NCBI GenBank assembly: GCA_951406725.2 | Contig: OX597828.1 | Span: 30,070,001 to 30,134,000, forward strand | Reading direction: 5' to 3' | DNA: 64,000 nucleotides | Source: Octopus vulgaris | Lineage: Eukaryota | In this document: one piece after another, positions 38,561 through 52,329 of the stretch | Numbering within the stretch: position 1 is the first letter of the stretch | Layout of the letters: each line of letters starts with the position of its first letter | Notes under the pieces: generated by a model | Databases searched by the model: none | Told to the model about the DNA's origin: nothing | Seen by the model: the letters and a program-made list of their open reading frames with translations, nothing else | Program-made: the position numbers and the translations under genes

Positions 38561-39583
38561 TTCAGATTATTATTATGAATACATTCACTTACTTACGTGT
38601 TAAAATTTTATGTTGGTTTTATTCTCGTTACAAACATCGCAATTTCAGAAAATTTATGACCACGATTAAAAATATATTACAATGATGCCGTACATTTTAT
38701 TGCTTACTGTTTGATGCATCAATAAACATTTGCCTCATCAATTTCAGAAAATCGTAAAGTTGAAAGAAAAGAACAAGACTACAGAATAATGGTAACAGAG
38801 AACTCCCGTGACTAATGAACTGCATTTTAATTTAAATTATTTCCGAGTTATAAACTTCACAAAAGGACAAAACTATTTCTTTGACAATTAGCTTACTAAT
38901 GAATGCCTAGCATTATTTTATTGCTGACAAGGCTGGGCAGAACGGAAAGAATTTTAACTTTATAATGTGATATTTTAATATATTTAAGGTGAAATACTTC
39001 AAGCTCTCGAAATATTTTGATGTTTTATAAGCTTTTCCTAACGATGGACTGATGTGTCTCATTGTCGAAGATTTTATTGTCTTCTGTCACTATCATAGAA
39101 TATCATATCTCTCTACTTGATTGATAAATAAATCAACTCTGTGTTTTCTTTGTGCTGTATATGTAGTATAGAAAATATGCTATGTGCACAGAGTAGAAAC
39201 ATGTATACTGAATCGAATCAATGAGACATTTTCAGTTATTACCTGAATCTAATGACAGATGATATTTAGTAGCCACTGATAAAGGTGAAAACTAAATGTA
39301 GTAGGCTTCTGTGATAATTTCCACTTCGCATAGACGTTCTAGAAAGCCTTTCACAGTTAATCATATCCTTCCCTTTAGCTGTAGGTGTATGTACGAAAAG
39401 TTTATGAAATATATGTGCTCTGAAGTCGATCACTGAAAGGTCAAACTGATGTTGTGGACTTTGTTTACCGGGCCCTTGTCCACAACTGTGCTGAGCCAAT
39501 AGTATTCACAAGAAACCAATATAGAAAATAATCATTGAGAATAACGTAATTGTCGCTATTTACTATAAACATAAGAATATCGA

Positions 39584-39676
<93 letters not shown>

Positions 39677-39715
39677 CCTATCTATCTATCTATCTACCAC
39701 TGTATATATATATAG
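39584..39715. repeat. (ATCT)n microsatellite
   Basis: Direct reading. Confidence 0.95.
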
Positions 39716-39767
39716 CAACAAAAACGTGGTTTTGGTCTCTGAGGACAACCCCAACAGAATTTAATTT

Positions 39768-40157
39768 ATGTCTAATCATTCTAAGACCAAGAATTCTATA
39801 TACCAGTGTAAAATTTCTTTCGGTACCGATGTCTACTTCTACATTGGCGCATCCTCTTCCCTGTTATCTAAGAGAATTTCCTATCATTATTCATCATTTA
39901 GGGATAGCAGCAAACGTCATAGTAGAGGACCAGGTAAATTGGTTTGGCATCTTAAAGACAACAATAAAGATTTTAAGTTAGATTGGTTCATCCTGTCCAT
40001 ATCCTTTCCTTACGATAAGGGCAAGGAATGTTGTAATATTTGCAACTCTGAACTCTTCGATATTCTCTTCTCTAAGAATCAACTTGTTAACACACTTATA
40101 GAGCGATCTTACAAATGTAAATACTGGCAGAAACATACCTTTAACTCGTATAAGTGA
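39768..40157 (+). pseudogene. Penelope-like GIY-YIG endonuclease domain (5'-truncated element)
   Basis: SIYQC...FYIG...KR...H..SF...LVWHLK...DW.IL....PY.....CNICNSE...I is the Penelope-type GIY-YIG signature. No RT lies upstream. Confidence 0.85.
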
Positions 40158-40708
40158 TTTTGCCAGTCTTTATAGTTTGAACAGTTAGTTTAACTTGCAC
40201 TTTACTTCAATAGAGAAATCTACTTCTAAGCCTTTGAACATTTTTTTCAACCAACATATCCCTCTTTATTTGTTCCCTACTTATTATTTCTTTAACCCTT
40301 CTCTTTCTAGCATCTGCCTTGGACGTCGAATCTACTAACGGTTTTTTAAATATACTTAATAACGTTCTGTTCATCATTTATGCATTCATCGTAATTGTTA
40401 TAATGTCTTGTTGTTGAGATAGGCTCTCTTTCTTTTCTGATGAGAAGATTGCATTTTACACCGTTTATTCCTTTGGAATAAAACCAATGTTGTCTTCGGA
40501 ACATATGTCGAAAGTAAAAGAATTTTAATAACACTTTCGTTCAACTCCATTTATTTACTCATACTACACAAACTACTGCACATTAACCCGGAGTTTCTAC
40601 CTTTGAATATGTCGCTTCATCCGTGTTACTTGCGTGAATTTTGCTACCCTGGTAACTGTCAATTGAATTTTCCATGTTAACGGTAAACAAAAGATAATTG
40701 ATTCATCC

Positions 40709-40710
<2 letters not shown>
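40158..40710 (+). mobile_element. 3' pseudo-LTR of the Penelope-like element
   Basis: Non-coding segment after the GIY-YIG stop codon. It contains a hammerhead motif and ends in (TA)n. Confidence 0.6.
40432..40514 (+). ncRNA. Type-I hammerhead motif with extended stem II (A13G variant)
   Basis: CTTTT-CTGATGA-GAAGA...TCTTC-GGAA-CATATG-TC-GAAAG. Stem III (CATATG) is palindromic. GAAA is changed to GGAA. Confidence 0.7.
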
Positions 40711-40746
<36 letters not shown>

Positions 40747-41191
40747 GACACATAAATGTGAAACAAGGGGAAAAATAGAGTACTCAAATTATATAATTTT
40801 CATCTGTCTTGCCCGCCTAATTGGTGTTCGCTGAATTTTCCTCTAGAGAACGTTCTTTGTAGTTTGACCGTTGGTGATCTATTTCTAGCATACGGCCGAC
40901 TACCTAGCGGTCTTGCCCTTTGAATATACACATGTATTAGAATTTTCTCTGATTTTTCAGATTTTTGTATGCTAGGCTACTGGTTTTAAATTAATATTAA
41001 TTTATCTCTCTCATATTATATATATATATATATGGAATTTCTTTTTGTTTCGTGGTTTGGGTTTCGCTGCACTTTCTAGCATGTAAGACGTCCTGTACAC
41101 TTTTATATGTGAAAATATGTTACTATTAACTTCTATTACACACACTAGCCAACGGAATACAATTTCTTTCTATATTTTCAACCCTTATGAT

Positions 41192-41229
<38 letters not shown>

Positions 41230-41336
41230 CGTTTTTGAATTTGGTTTGCATGATTCTTTATGTGAGTTCTGGTGTTGAAGCATATTCTGTTGTGTTTCGG
41301 GAGAGTAATTTTTTGTGCCTTAAATGAAACACACTC

Positions 41337-41482
41337 ACCAGTAAAATTTCCACTTATTCTTTATTTTTATTTTCCTAAAAAATTTTATTTTCAATAGTCT
41401 TGACTATTGAAAAGGTTGCAAGACGCAACAAAAATTTTAGAAAAAAAAAGATGGAAAAGAAATAAGTGGAAATTTTACCGGT
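41337..41482. repeat. Fold-back inverted repeat
   Basis: Outer arms 41337-41358 and 41461-41482 match at 21/22. Central perfect 12-bp arms TTTTCAATAGTC-tt-GACTATTGAAAA. Confidence 0.85.
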
Positions 41483-41833
41483 AAAGATCCAGTAATTTCA
41501 CTATAGAGCTATTAAAATATTATTAGTAGAAGCCATAAAGTACATTACCGGGTTTATTTCAGTTACATTTTTTCGAGTGTATTCTTTGATGAAAAAATTG
41601 GAAAGAAATGGCACTGCAAATGAAACTTATGAGTCGTAAATGTAATTTAGTACGTGTCAAATGAAGTGCGACACACACTAAGACGAAACGCAAAGTCTTA
41701 AATCTCCAAACGTTCACAATTGAAAGAACAATGGCAAGAAATAAAAAATAGGACAATTTTTTTTAGTAGGCAATAAATACCGGCAACTTCCACGTGACAC
41801 AAGGCAAGAGATGAGTTGTGTGAGAGGTAATAA

Positions 41834-42332
<499 letters not shown>

Positions 42333-42840
42333 AATCGGGGCTAAGGCTTAAGTTTGAAGTCGAATAATATAATTTCTACTTTTCCCTTCAACTGCTAGCC
42401 GTATGTTGGAAAAATCTCTACAAATGGTTTGAAAACGAATGAAATATTATTTGTAAGATACCTTAACATAGTAAAAATGACTGACCTATCAATTGTTAGC
42501 TTTCGTGATAGGTTCATTTACTGTTTCATCTACAATAAGCATGTACCAAGTTCATTCATATCGCCTAAAATGCATTGTCGCTTTACTTCCTATCACAGCA
42601 GTTACGAATACGTATCACCAGATTATCGGAGTTTTGTCTTGCAATTCTAGTTTCCTTCCTTCTTTCTTTCTTTTTTTCTTTCTTTCTTTCAGTTTCCGCA
42701 CATCATTCGCTGTCACTATATCTGGAAACTCATTTAACTGAAAAGTTAGTTCAATTCGTTGTACAATTTATTGGGGGTACTCTTTTGAGTAAGTATGCAT
42801 CCTCGCGACAAGGTTACACGGTGTTAGAGACATGCATACA

Positions 42841-42876
<36 letters not shown>

Positions 42877-43039
42877 TAAATATACATACATATACACACA
42901 TATACATACTAGACACACTCACATATCTACATAAAGAGAATGAAAAAGAGAGAGAGATTGGGGAGAGAGAGAGAGAGAAAGTGAAAAACATATATTTGGC
43001 AAGTAATTTGACGCTGCGACCATTTTTCCATACCTTACG

Positions 43040-43657
43040 TACAAGATGTTATCAAAAGGTTCCCGGACTAGTTCTGCAGCGTGCCAGTGAGAGCGAGCAG
43101 GGGTCTTCATGCTACAGTTTGCCGAGTGATATTGCTGAGTTTACTTCGAAAATTTCGAAATTTGTGTTTTTGTTTTCACGTGTATTGTATAGTGTGTAAT
43201 TTTTGTAATGTGCAGGGAGTTGGATCAAAGAACCAACTTGAAATGAAATTTTGAATTAAACTTGGGAAATCTGCTACTGAGACAGTGGGTATGTTTCTTC
43301 AAGCATAGAGTGACGAGACAATGGGCCATGCGCAATGTTTTGAGTGATACGGGCGCTTCAAAAGGCACAACAAAGCCGCAGCTCAATCAAGAACATGCTC
43401 ATCGCTTTTTCGATATCAACAATTCGCCCCGCTAGGGATAGATCGTCAATCAAGAATTCTCCTCGATGTTCTGAAGCGTTTAGGGGAGGACATTTGGCGA
43501 AAGTGATCGGATCTATGAATCGCGAAGAATAGGATTCTTCACGACCACAATGCGTCCTTGTCACCGAGATCACTTCATTCATGAGCTTCTTACCAAAAGC
43601 AATACGGTATTTCTTTCGCACCCGCCATATAGGCCAAATTTAGCACTTACGGACATC
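43040..43657 (+). mobile_element. Mariner transposon relic, internally deleted
   Basis: TIR-like TACAAGATGTTATCAAAAGGTTCCCGGACT. Encodes ELDQR..., KLGKSATET, QCFE*YGRFK, SRSSIKNMLIAF, ILHDHNA (LHHDNA) and HPPYRPNLA (HPPYSPDLA). Confidence 0.88.
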
Positions 43658-43689
43658 CAAGGACATTCAGTATATAACAAAATGTGACA

Positions 43690-43836
43690 TGGCTACACCT
43701 AATTTGTGCCAGATGAGTGGACAGTAGCAACGTGAAATAAGATGTTTTGGTCAAGGATAAAACATATCACTGAGAATCGAACTCACCACTTTACTATCAT
43801 GAGCCATATATCGTAACCATTAAACCATACGCTTCA
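43690..43836 (-). mobile_element. SINE family C-related 5' fragment
   Basis: TGAGTGGAC...AGCAACGTGAAATAA...TCAAG...ATCGAACTCAC...TAACCA matches 35805-35935. Confidence 0.65.
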
Positions 43837-44914
43837 TACACACACACATACACACACATACACACACACACACACACGCACGCACGCATATACCTATGTA
43901 CACATATATTTTCCATGTGTGTGTGTCTTCGTGTGCGTTTGTGTTTGTTTATGTCTACGTATATATAATTGTATTCAAATATTATACAACCACTGATCTT
44001 TATGAAGCGAAATTATAGAAGACACGAAACTTATGATATAATTTTCAGATTCCGTATTTCAGTTTGCAAATTTGAAGTTTGAACGTAAACTGCATGAACT
44101 CCTGTAATACATATTTATATGCAATTGATCACGTATTTTAATGTTTACTCTAATTGTAAGTAAAAAACAATTTACACCGTGGAAACACAGTTTGTCTGTA
44201 GCGTCTAAAATTTCAGCACCATTACGATCATAATTTATTTGTGCGGAGTAATAACGCTATAATAGGAAAATTATTGTGCAGGAATTGTTATATTCGAAAA
44301 ATGAATTTTAGAAATATCTCCATACTACGTGAGATGTTTCAAAATGTTTTATAAACTAAATATATAAGATGAGCAAATGATATTTAGTTCCATAAACATA
44401 TCATTATAACTTCGCCAATCCGTTTAGAAAACGCGTCTATTGCATTCTGTAATGTGACTAATGCTGCTGCTGCTGCTGCTGCTGTTGTTGTTGTTGTTGT
44501 TTTTGTTGTTCTTTTGTTACGTGTATAATTATGCTACATTTGATACAGGGTATCTTTGACATTATGACACATGGGTTGCCTTCCCAAAATCTAAGCACGG
44601 TAATTATATACTACTCGCGATATAGTGTACCTGATATTCGAAAACCATACCGCAGATACCAGCATGCAGTTTCGAATCACATTGGATGCAGATTGGTATC
44701 TTTGACAATTTCTATACCGTCGGCTGATCTATTTCTTCTATTGCTCTTCTGACTTATAGTAATAATAGCGTAGAAGCTGGACGCCGCATAACAAAATAAT
44801 TTCTAGTAAACGTTGTAATTTTCTAATTTATAGATCAGTGATTAGTTGTCTCTTTGAAAACTATATATTTCGAACGGGAATTTGGCAGCGCCACCTCTAG
44901 CCTAACAATTATTC

Positions 44915-45145
44915 AGTGCTGATGAAGAGAAATAAACCGGAAATCGTGATACGCAGATATTGTTCTGAGTGGGGGTGATAGATTCCCTTGTTCGAAAATA
45001 TAAGGGCACAGTTCGTGTCGTACAGTCAGCTGGAGACGATGTCTCCTAGGCTTAAATTACTGTAACATTCGTCCTAAACAAGGACTGCTATGTTATGTTG
45101 GCAAACACTCTTTACTACAAAGTACTGTTGCTGAATATCTCACGT
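44915..45145 (+). mobile_element. Diverged copy of the hammerhead-bearing repeat at 16750-17010
   Basis: GCTGATGA...GGAAA, then CAGCTGGAGACGATGT, GTAACAT and TGGCAAA at matching spacing. Confidence 0.6.
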
Positions 45146-45461
45146 TGTGACATTTAAAAAAAGTAATTTTCTGACAAAATAATTGTTCTGTATTTTCCAT
45201 TCTAATCTTGTATCAAGTTTTGTGTATATGCTGTTTATGAGTAGCTGGACCGATTACAGAAGAAAGTGTGTTCCTAAGATGGTGTTTTAATAATCATCTA
45301 CCTCAAGAGCTACCAAACTGAGCAAATCTACAACCAAAGAGATGACTATACCTTCAGTGGGATTTCCTTCGAAAGGAATTTGGTTGCTATTTCTTGAATT
45401 TCGAATGGCAACATTGAAGCTCCTTAGTTGGTTTCAATTCTCCAGAGATGTAAGCATGTTT

Positions 45462-45620
45462 GTCTGTGCGTATGCATGTGTGTCTGTGTGTATGCGTGTG
45501 TGTCTGTGTGTATGCATGTGTGAATGTGTGTATGTATGTGTGTCTGTGTGTATGCATGTGTGTATGTGTGTATGCATGTGTGTCTGTGTGTATGCATGTG
45601 TGTCTGTGTGTATGCATTTA
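45462..45620. repeat. 20-bp minisatellite (GTGTCTGTGTGTATGCATGT)n, about 7 units
   Basis: Direct reading. Confidence 0.85.
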
Positions 45621-45897
45621 CATGTTTGCATCGGTGTGCAGGTACGTGATGTTCTTATATCCAATTAGTTTTGATTCCTTAGAAGAGGTTGCATTGTGAT
45701 ATGAGTGGACTATCAGCTGCATAGTTATCTAAGAGAAGCGGGTATGGATGTGCTTAAGAGATTAGCTTCCAAACCACGTGGTTTCGGATATGAGCCTGTG
45801 CTTCTATTTTACCATATTTATCAAAGTGAAATTTAGATGATGGTTATCTATGGAAGCACGTCATATGCGAATATATGCATGGCTGTATATGTATGTA

Positions 45898-45949
<52 letters not shown>

Positions 45950-46015
45950 TCCCGGGTTGAGTCGGGGTTAACCACAGTAAATAAGGTACTCAATACATAG
46001 CAGAGTAAATTAATT

Positions 46016-46105
46016 TATTTTATAGAAGGAGCTTCAACTAGTTTCGGTGTTTGCCGCCCGTTGACGAGGGACAAACATCCCGAAACTAGTTGAAGCTCCT
46101 TCTAT

Positions 46106-46111
<6 letters not shown>
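46016..46111. repeat. Perfect 32-bp inverted repeat with a 32-nt loop
   Basis: TATTTTATAGAAGGAGCTTCAACTAGTTTCGG (46016-46047) and its exact reverse complement (46080-46111). Confidence 0.95.
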
Positions 46112-46160
<49 letters not shown>

Positions 46161-46239
46161 GTGTGTGTGTGTGTGTGTGTAGAAGGATGGAAAATAACAC
46201 ACGTCTTGATATGTATAAGGAAAATAGTACAAGGTAGAA

Positions 46240-49200
46240 AATGCTTAAATAATTTTATCATGAAAAACAGCCACCACAGCAACAACTACAACAATCACAG
46301 TAGGAACAACTGACCCAGCCTCAACGTTTTACACGCCTTAATTCAACCACAATTGATGACCTATATAATGAAACGGTCAACTTCTCAGATTCCAGCTGTT
46401 CATAGCCCATTCAACCAGAGTCTGTTACTCAGCCATCAAATTTTCAACAGGAGCAACAATTACAGCAACAAGAATCACAACATCAACAAATATACATCTA
46501 CAATAACCACCCGAAAAACATCAACAGACACAGCTTCAACCTACTACTATCCCAATTTGTGATCAGCCAACTAAATGCTTACTTGAAGACCCCTTACTGA
46601 ATTTGCCAAAAACAAATATACACAAATTAAAATCTATGCCCCCTCACTGCTCACACATGAAACCCCAAAATATGCCGCTATTCACTACGAGAGAGGATGT
46701 GCACTGACACTGATTGCAAATTCACTCATCTACCAGGGATTAGACGCTCAACCCCTACGCACAACAGCCGCTACCCCCACAAGTACACAATCTAAAACAA
46801 CGCCACTACCACCAACGCCACCGCCCCCACCAAATACTAAATCAAATTTAAAAACAAACACTCATGTTACACAGAAACCTAAAATCTGCAGCTATTCCCA
46901 GCGTAACGGATTATGTCTACAACATAATTGTCCATTTACCCATCTCCCGGGGACTCGTCGCACAAATAAATATATAAAATACAACACCCACAACCACAAA
47001 AATGTTTGGTTCTCCAAACAGAATTCTTTTTTAGCCATAATGAATCTGGCAAAAGAGCTATAAAAGAGCATTTACCCGTCACACAATGCCACCCCACCAT
47101 CACTACCCTATTGCACAAACTCCCATTACAGCCATTAACACGAAAATCACCAAAAACAGTCAAAATCAGTCAACATTATCACCTCAAAATTTTTGCTCAA
47201 TGCACAAGGCATCAGCCCTTCCACCAATGCCCAAAATTGGATGATCTAATTTATTATTGAGGACTGGGTTAATGACCATCCACACCATATCCCTTTTTTC
47301 GTCCTCACAGAGACCCATCTCAATAACCTCCACTTGGAAGCTGAGGTGAGAGTGAAGAATTTTACAGCCATCCGTGCAAATCGTGGGACCTCTATTTTCG
47401 TGCACGATTCTTTCTCGGCTGAAGCAATGGACATATCTACCAATGGCTTCTGTGAAGTATAGTAAAACCAACAATGCAGTAGTAGTTGGGCTCTATACGC
47501 CACCCATAAATCCTTTACTAAGTTTCAAAGAATGCCTCAACAGCATTAAGTGTTTCATCCATCAGTGTCACACTGACAACATATTAATGATGGAGGAGTT
47601 CAAACTTCTCAGTGTTGATTGGTCCACAAACAGCTTGAAACCAGGGTTTTCCAACCTCAACCCCTGATGAGAGAGCAATCGAATTGCTTTTCGATTTCAT
47701 GGATGAGTTTTTCCTGACCTAACTTGTTCTCAAACCAACAAGGGGTCACAAAAATACCTTGGACCTAGAGTTCAGTAACAACACTGACACTATCCTTAAT
47801 ATTGCAGTGGAACAAAAACACTACGACTCTCACACGATGACATTGTTCTCTGCGATATGAGATTCTCCTACCGAAAGATCAAATCCAGTGTCATTTCTCC
47901 AGTCCATCCATTTGACACAATGGCTCTTCATAACGCAGACTGGGCTGCGAATAATCATGATCTTTCACAAGTTGACTGGGCCTTCACGAACGCATACACC
48001 CCCACCAACATAAACACATCATGGCTGACATTTGTAGATACTGTAAGAAATACATGCGCAATAGATACCCCATTTAAGATCAGTATACAAATCTAAGTGC
48101 AGAACCCCTTGAAATAGAAGAGCAATTATCAGAAAAATAAAAAGGGTTATTAAGAAAATTAGCCAACTTTAATACACCCAGCAGCAACGCACCCATTCCA
48201 CAATCATTGGATCACTCGAATCGAAAAAACATAAGCGCCAAAGCAGCATGATGACCATCAACATGAAACAAAGAGCAGCTGAGGAGGGTTGGGCCATTGA
48301 GAAAATAAAACTCATCTCAAAGTGTTCTTATCATTTGCAAAAACAAAACAAAAAATAACATAAAGACGCTGTTTCCACTGTTGGTCCTCTGGTTGATGAG
48401 AACAACACTATACCTGATGATGCAAAATCCACGTACGAGATGCTGCAGTGAGACATTGCTCTGGCTAGTATCAGTGATGGAAACCTTCAACTAACCATGT
48501 CTGTCATAACTTTTGGTGCTCCTGATATCCTAACAGAAATATACAAGATCGAGCACAACTTGGTTGGAAATCCTGATCAGTTCCCACCCACTATCCTGAA
48601 GATGTGCACCCCTTCTAGCTGAGCTCTAGGGTAACTCACTTGATGCAGTCTACATTCCTGGTCATTTTCTTTCTCAGTATGTCGTTCCAGTCTTCAAAAA
48701 GGGAAACAAGTCTCTTGCAGTGAACTACCGTCCGATTCCACTCACCTCTCGTATCATTAACGTATTTATGAGGGGAGTGAGATCCTCGAAGACAACCATC
48801 TGCTGAACCTCAACCAGCATGATTGTGTGATGGTAGGGATTGCATGTCGCAGCTCCTGCACTATTTTGATGACAGCAAGGCATTTGACAGAATAGACCAC
48901 AAAATCCTGCTGAAGAAACTATCCATCATTGGAGTCGGTGGAAAGCTGCTGCAGTGGATAAAATGTTTCCTGAGAAACAGAACCCAACATGTTGTGTTTG
49001 AGGGAATACGACCCAGCTCAGCTAAAGTCAGTAGGGGTGTCTCACAAAGTACTGTGTTGGGCCCACTCGTCTTCATTATCTACATCAATGACATAGCAAA
49101 CGTCATCAAACATTCTACATTGTTAAATGTTTGCAAATGATTTCAAACTCCAGAAAATCATAAACGGCACGGGGGACCGATCATGCATTCAGTCAGATCT

Positions 49201-49340
49201 GTTTTATGTTGTCCAATGGGCGGAAAATAACAATATGCTTCTAAATGCAGACAAGTTTGGTTTGATCCACCTTGGAAAAGAGGATACTCTGAAATTATTA
49301 TATGCTCTTCTCTCAGGTGACTACCGAGTGTCATACAACA
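46240..49340 (+). mobile_element. CR1-like LINE, dead: ORF1 with CCCH-type fingers, APE endonuclease, RT; 3' end missing
   Basis: Endonuclease motifs NAQG, LTETHL, GLYTPP, PTRG, TLDL. RT motifs VVPVFKKG...NYRPIPLTS, SKAFDRIDH, GVSQSTVLGP..F.IYIND, FAND (FADD), RDLGV. Many stops and frameshifts. Confidence 0.9.
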
Positions 49341-49358
49341 ACACCAGAGACCTTGGAG

Positions 49359-49431
<73 letters not shown>
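49341..49431. repeat. (TA)n microsatellite abutting the CR1-like RT
   Basis: Direct reading. Confidence 0.95.
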
Positions 49432-49434
<3 letters not shown>

Positions 49435-49717
49435 GTTAATGTTTAATAATTTTCGCTGCAACATATTAATTGAAATCGGCGGAATGAGCAGAAATTCTAA
49501 GCCCCCGTACTAATAGTAAACTGAAAAGCCTGGCAAGTTCGTATCTTCCTTATTTCAAACTTTGTGAAAATGCCACTTAGTTCTCATCCTTTTACCTTAT
49601 GGTATTTTGTACGAATTCTATGCCACTTGTTATCATTGTCAAAAATAATATCCTTATATATATTTTAGTTCAGCTCAGAGCACTGGCCATGGTGATGCAC
49701 CACCGTTTTGCGCTACA

Positions 49718-49763
<46 letters not shown>

Positions 49764-51342
49764 ATGTGTGTGAGTGTGTGTCTGTGTGTGTATGTATGTA
49801 TGTATATGTGGACTAGTGCGTTTGCATGTAAGTTTGTACCTAAATACGATTGCATACGTATGTGTATGCGTATAATCCTTTACGTATATATGCATTCACA
49901 CACACATACACACATACATGCATACATACATATACACATCACCCTCACACACACACATTTATATACATACATGCACAAAACATATACATGCAAGCCGTCA
50001 CACATGCACACACTCACCCATACACGTACATACTTACAGATAAATTTCAACTGTGTGTGTCGTTGCGTGAAATACGGATTTAATAAAATAAACTAACTAA
50101 AAAAAGAGAACACAATTCATGTTATTTAGTTTATTTAAAGAACACTATAATACTCTCTGGGTCAACGATATTTTGATCTTATTCAACGGCACATAATTTA
50201 ACTTTGATATATTCTGTCAAAAACCAACCAAAGGAGAAATCTGGTGTAATTTGAAATGAAAAACTCAAAATTATATAGGGGATTTAAAACAATGGTCCAG
50301 CCTCACTTGTTTTTGCACTTATAAATTTGCCCTACATATTTTCGATAAGTTAAGCATACAATATGAACACCATGTATTCTGCAAATGAAGATGTTGCTGC
50401 AAATATATCAAAGATGGTTTTTGTATATCCGTGAGCATGAGAAAGGATTTTTTAAGTAATATGCTTTCATACATTCTATGGAAAAAATATCGGAAATAGT
50501 CTAACAGGTTTATAAAACAAGAATGTGATGTTATATTTAAATTTAGAACAATAAAAAATCGTGATATCATTCCTAACTATATATATTGAGAAAGTGAATG
50601 CAATTTTCCAGCATACACATAACGACACCTCGTGTTCTTCTTTTTTACACGAATAAACACACTTATTATATTTGAGTCTTTTGTTTCATTTGCCAAATGT
50701 CAAATTTAATTTTCTGAGAGATGTGTTTTTCAAATAACCTTTGATTAGAAGAATGTAACTCAAAAGAAAAGCAACGCAGGTTATTAGTTTTCGAATGTAA
50801 AGGTTAATTTGATTGGATATCTTTCATTATGCCCTCGCTTATATGCTGCCTTAGATTGTGTGACCCAGTCATTTGCATAGAAACGTCGAATAATAGATCT
50901 CAGTAGGTGATTCAATTGTAGAATTTTAATCTAAGAGGATATGAAAGAAAATTTGTTGATTTTGTTTTTCTTTTTCGAAATATAGGATTTTTAAAAGGTC
51001 ACAAAATATCATTATATGTTTTCAAAATTCAAAAGACAATTATTATATTTATAAATGCTTTAAAATAAGCAGTGAAGTTGTCATTGACAACTTTGAAATA
51101 TAGATAAATAGAGTTAATTACATAAAGTTGTTGCCTTCAATGGAGCATTAAAATAAAATTTTAAAAAATTAGAGAACAGCGAAAGAAAGATTAAGATATA
51201 TTTCCTGCTACTCAGAAGAAAGACATTGATTAATGTTAGTTCAACTCCATCTAGACTATAATGCAAGTTGTTGAACCAAAGAAATATTTACTTATATACA
51301 TGCATACATAGACACAAGCACACACACACATACTCACACCCA

Positions 51343-51402
<60 letters not shown>

Positions 51403-52233
51403 CATATATATACAGAAATATATGTATCTTTATGTACATATACATTTATATATGTGTATATATATATGTATAAATATATATATTTATAGAGTGAGAGAAA
51501 GAGATTTTTATTGAAATGAATATATTGATAAATTAAAACATAAACAAATATAAAATGTGTGATTGATTCATAAAATATGCAAACATTTTAATAGAAACAT
51601 TTTAATATTATTGATAAATATTTGTAGAAAAATATAGAAACATTAATGTTGGTTCCTATATAAAATTATATAATTATGCAGAATATATTCGGTGACTAAG
51701 GATAAATTTGTTTCTTGAGTAGTTATTGAGGAAGAAAATAACGTATCTAGATTATTTTTTTCGATTCAAACATATTTGCTTAGATAGTAGAGAATGTATG
51801 ATACTTTATTTTCATTTTGCACAGCATAGAAAACTGTTTAATATACCCACTAATTATAAGATTTCGAAGCAAAAGAAAATATAATAGAAAATATTGCCAC
51901 ACTAACACAATTTTCCAAAATATTCCTGAGATGTTAAGACAAAAAATCGCGTGAAATTTAGGAATATTTTTGAAAATAGATTTTGCATAATTCATGTGCT
52001 TTTGCGTGATTTTGCAGGGCTTCATGTGATGCTAGTGTGATTATACGTATATGCATACACCGACTTGCGATTTCACACACCTTGCAGCTGGGTGTAGGTA
52101 TCAGTCTATCCCAATACATGTTTGTCTAAATTTCCATCTCTCTCATATGTATGATGTATGTATGAGAGAATTAAAAAGAAACAATGAAAATGGCCAGTAG
52201 ATATAGAAGTAATTGATTTTAAAAATAAAAACA

Positions 52234-52267
<34 letters not shown>

Positions 52268-52329
52268 AATGAATGATTTGAGATGGAATAAAGAAGTATA
52301 AAATTCATTATTAAGAATCAATATAGAAA

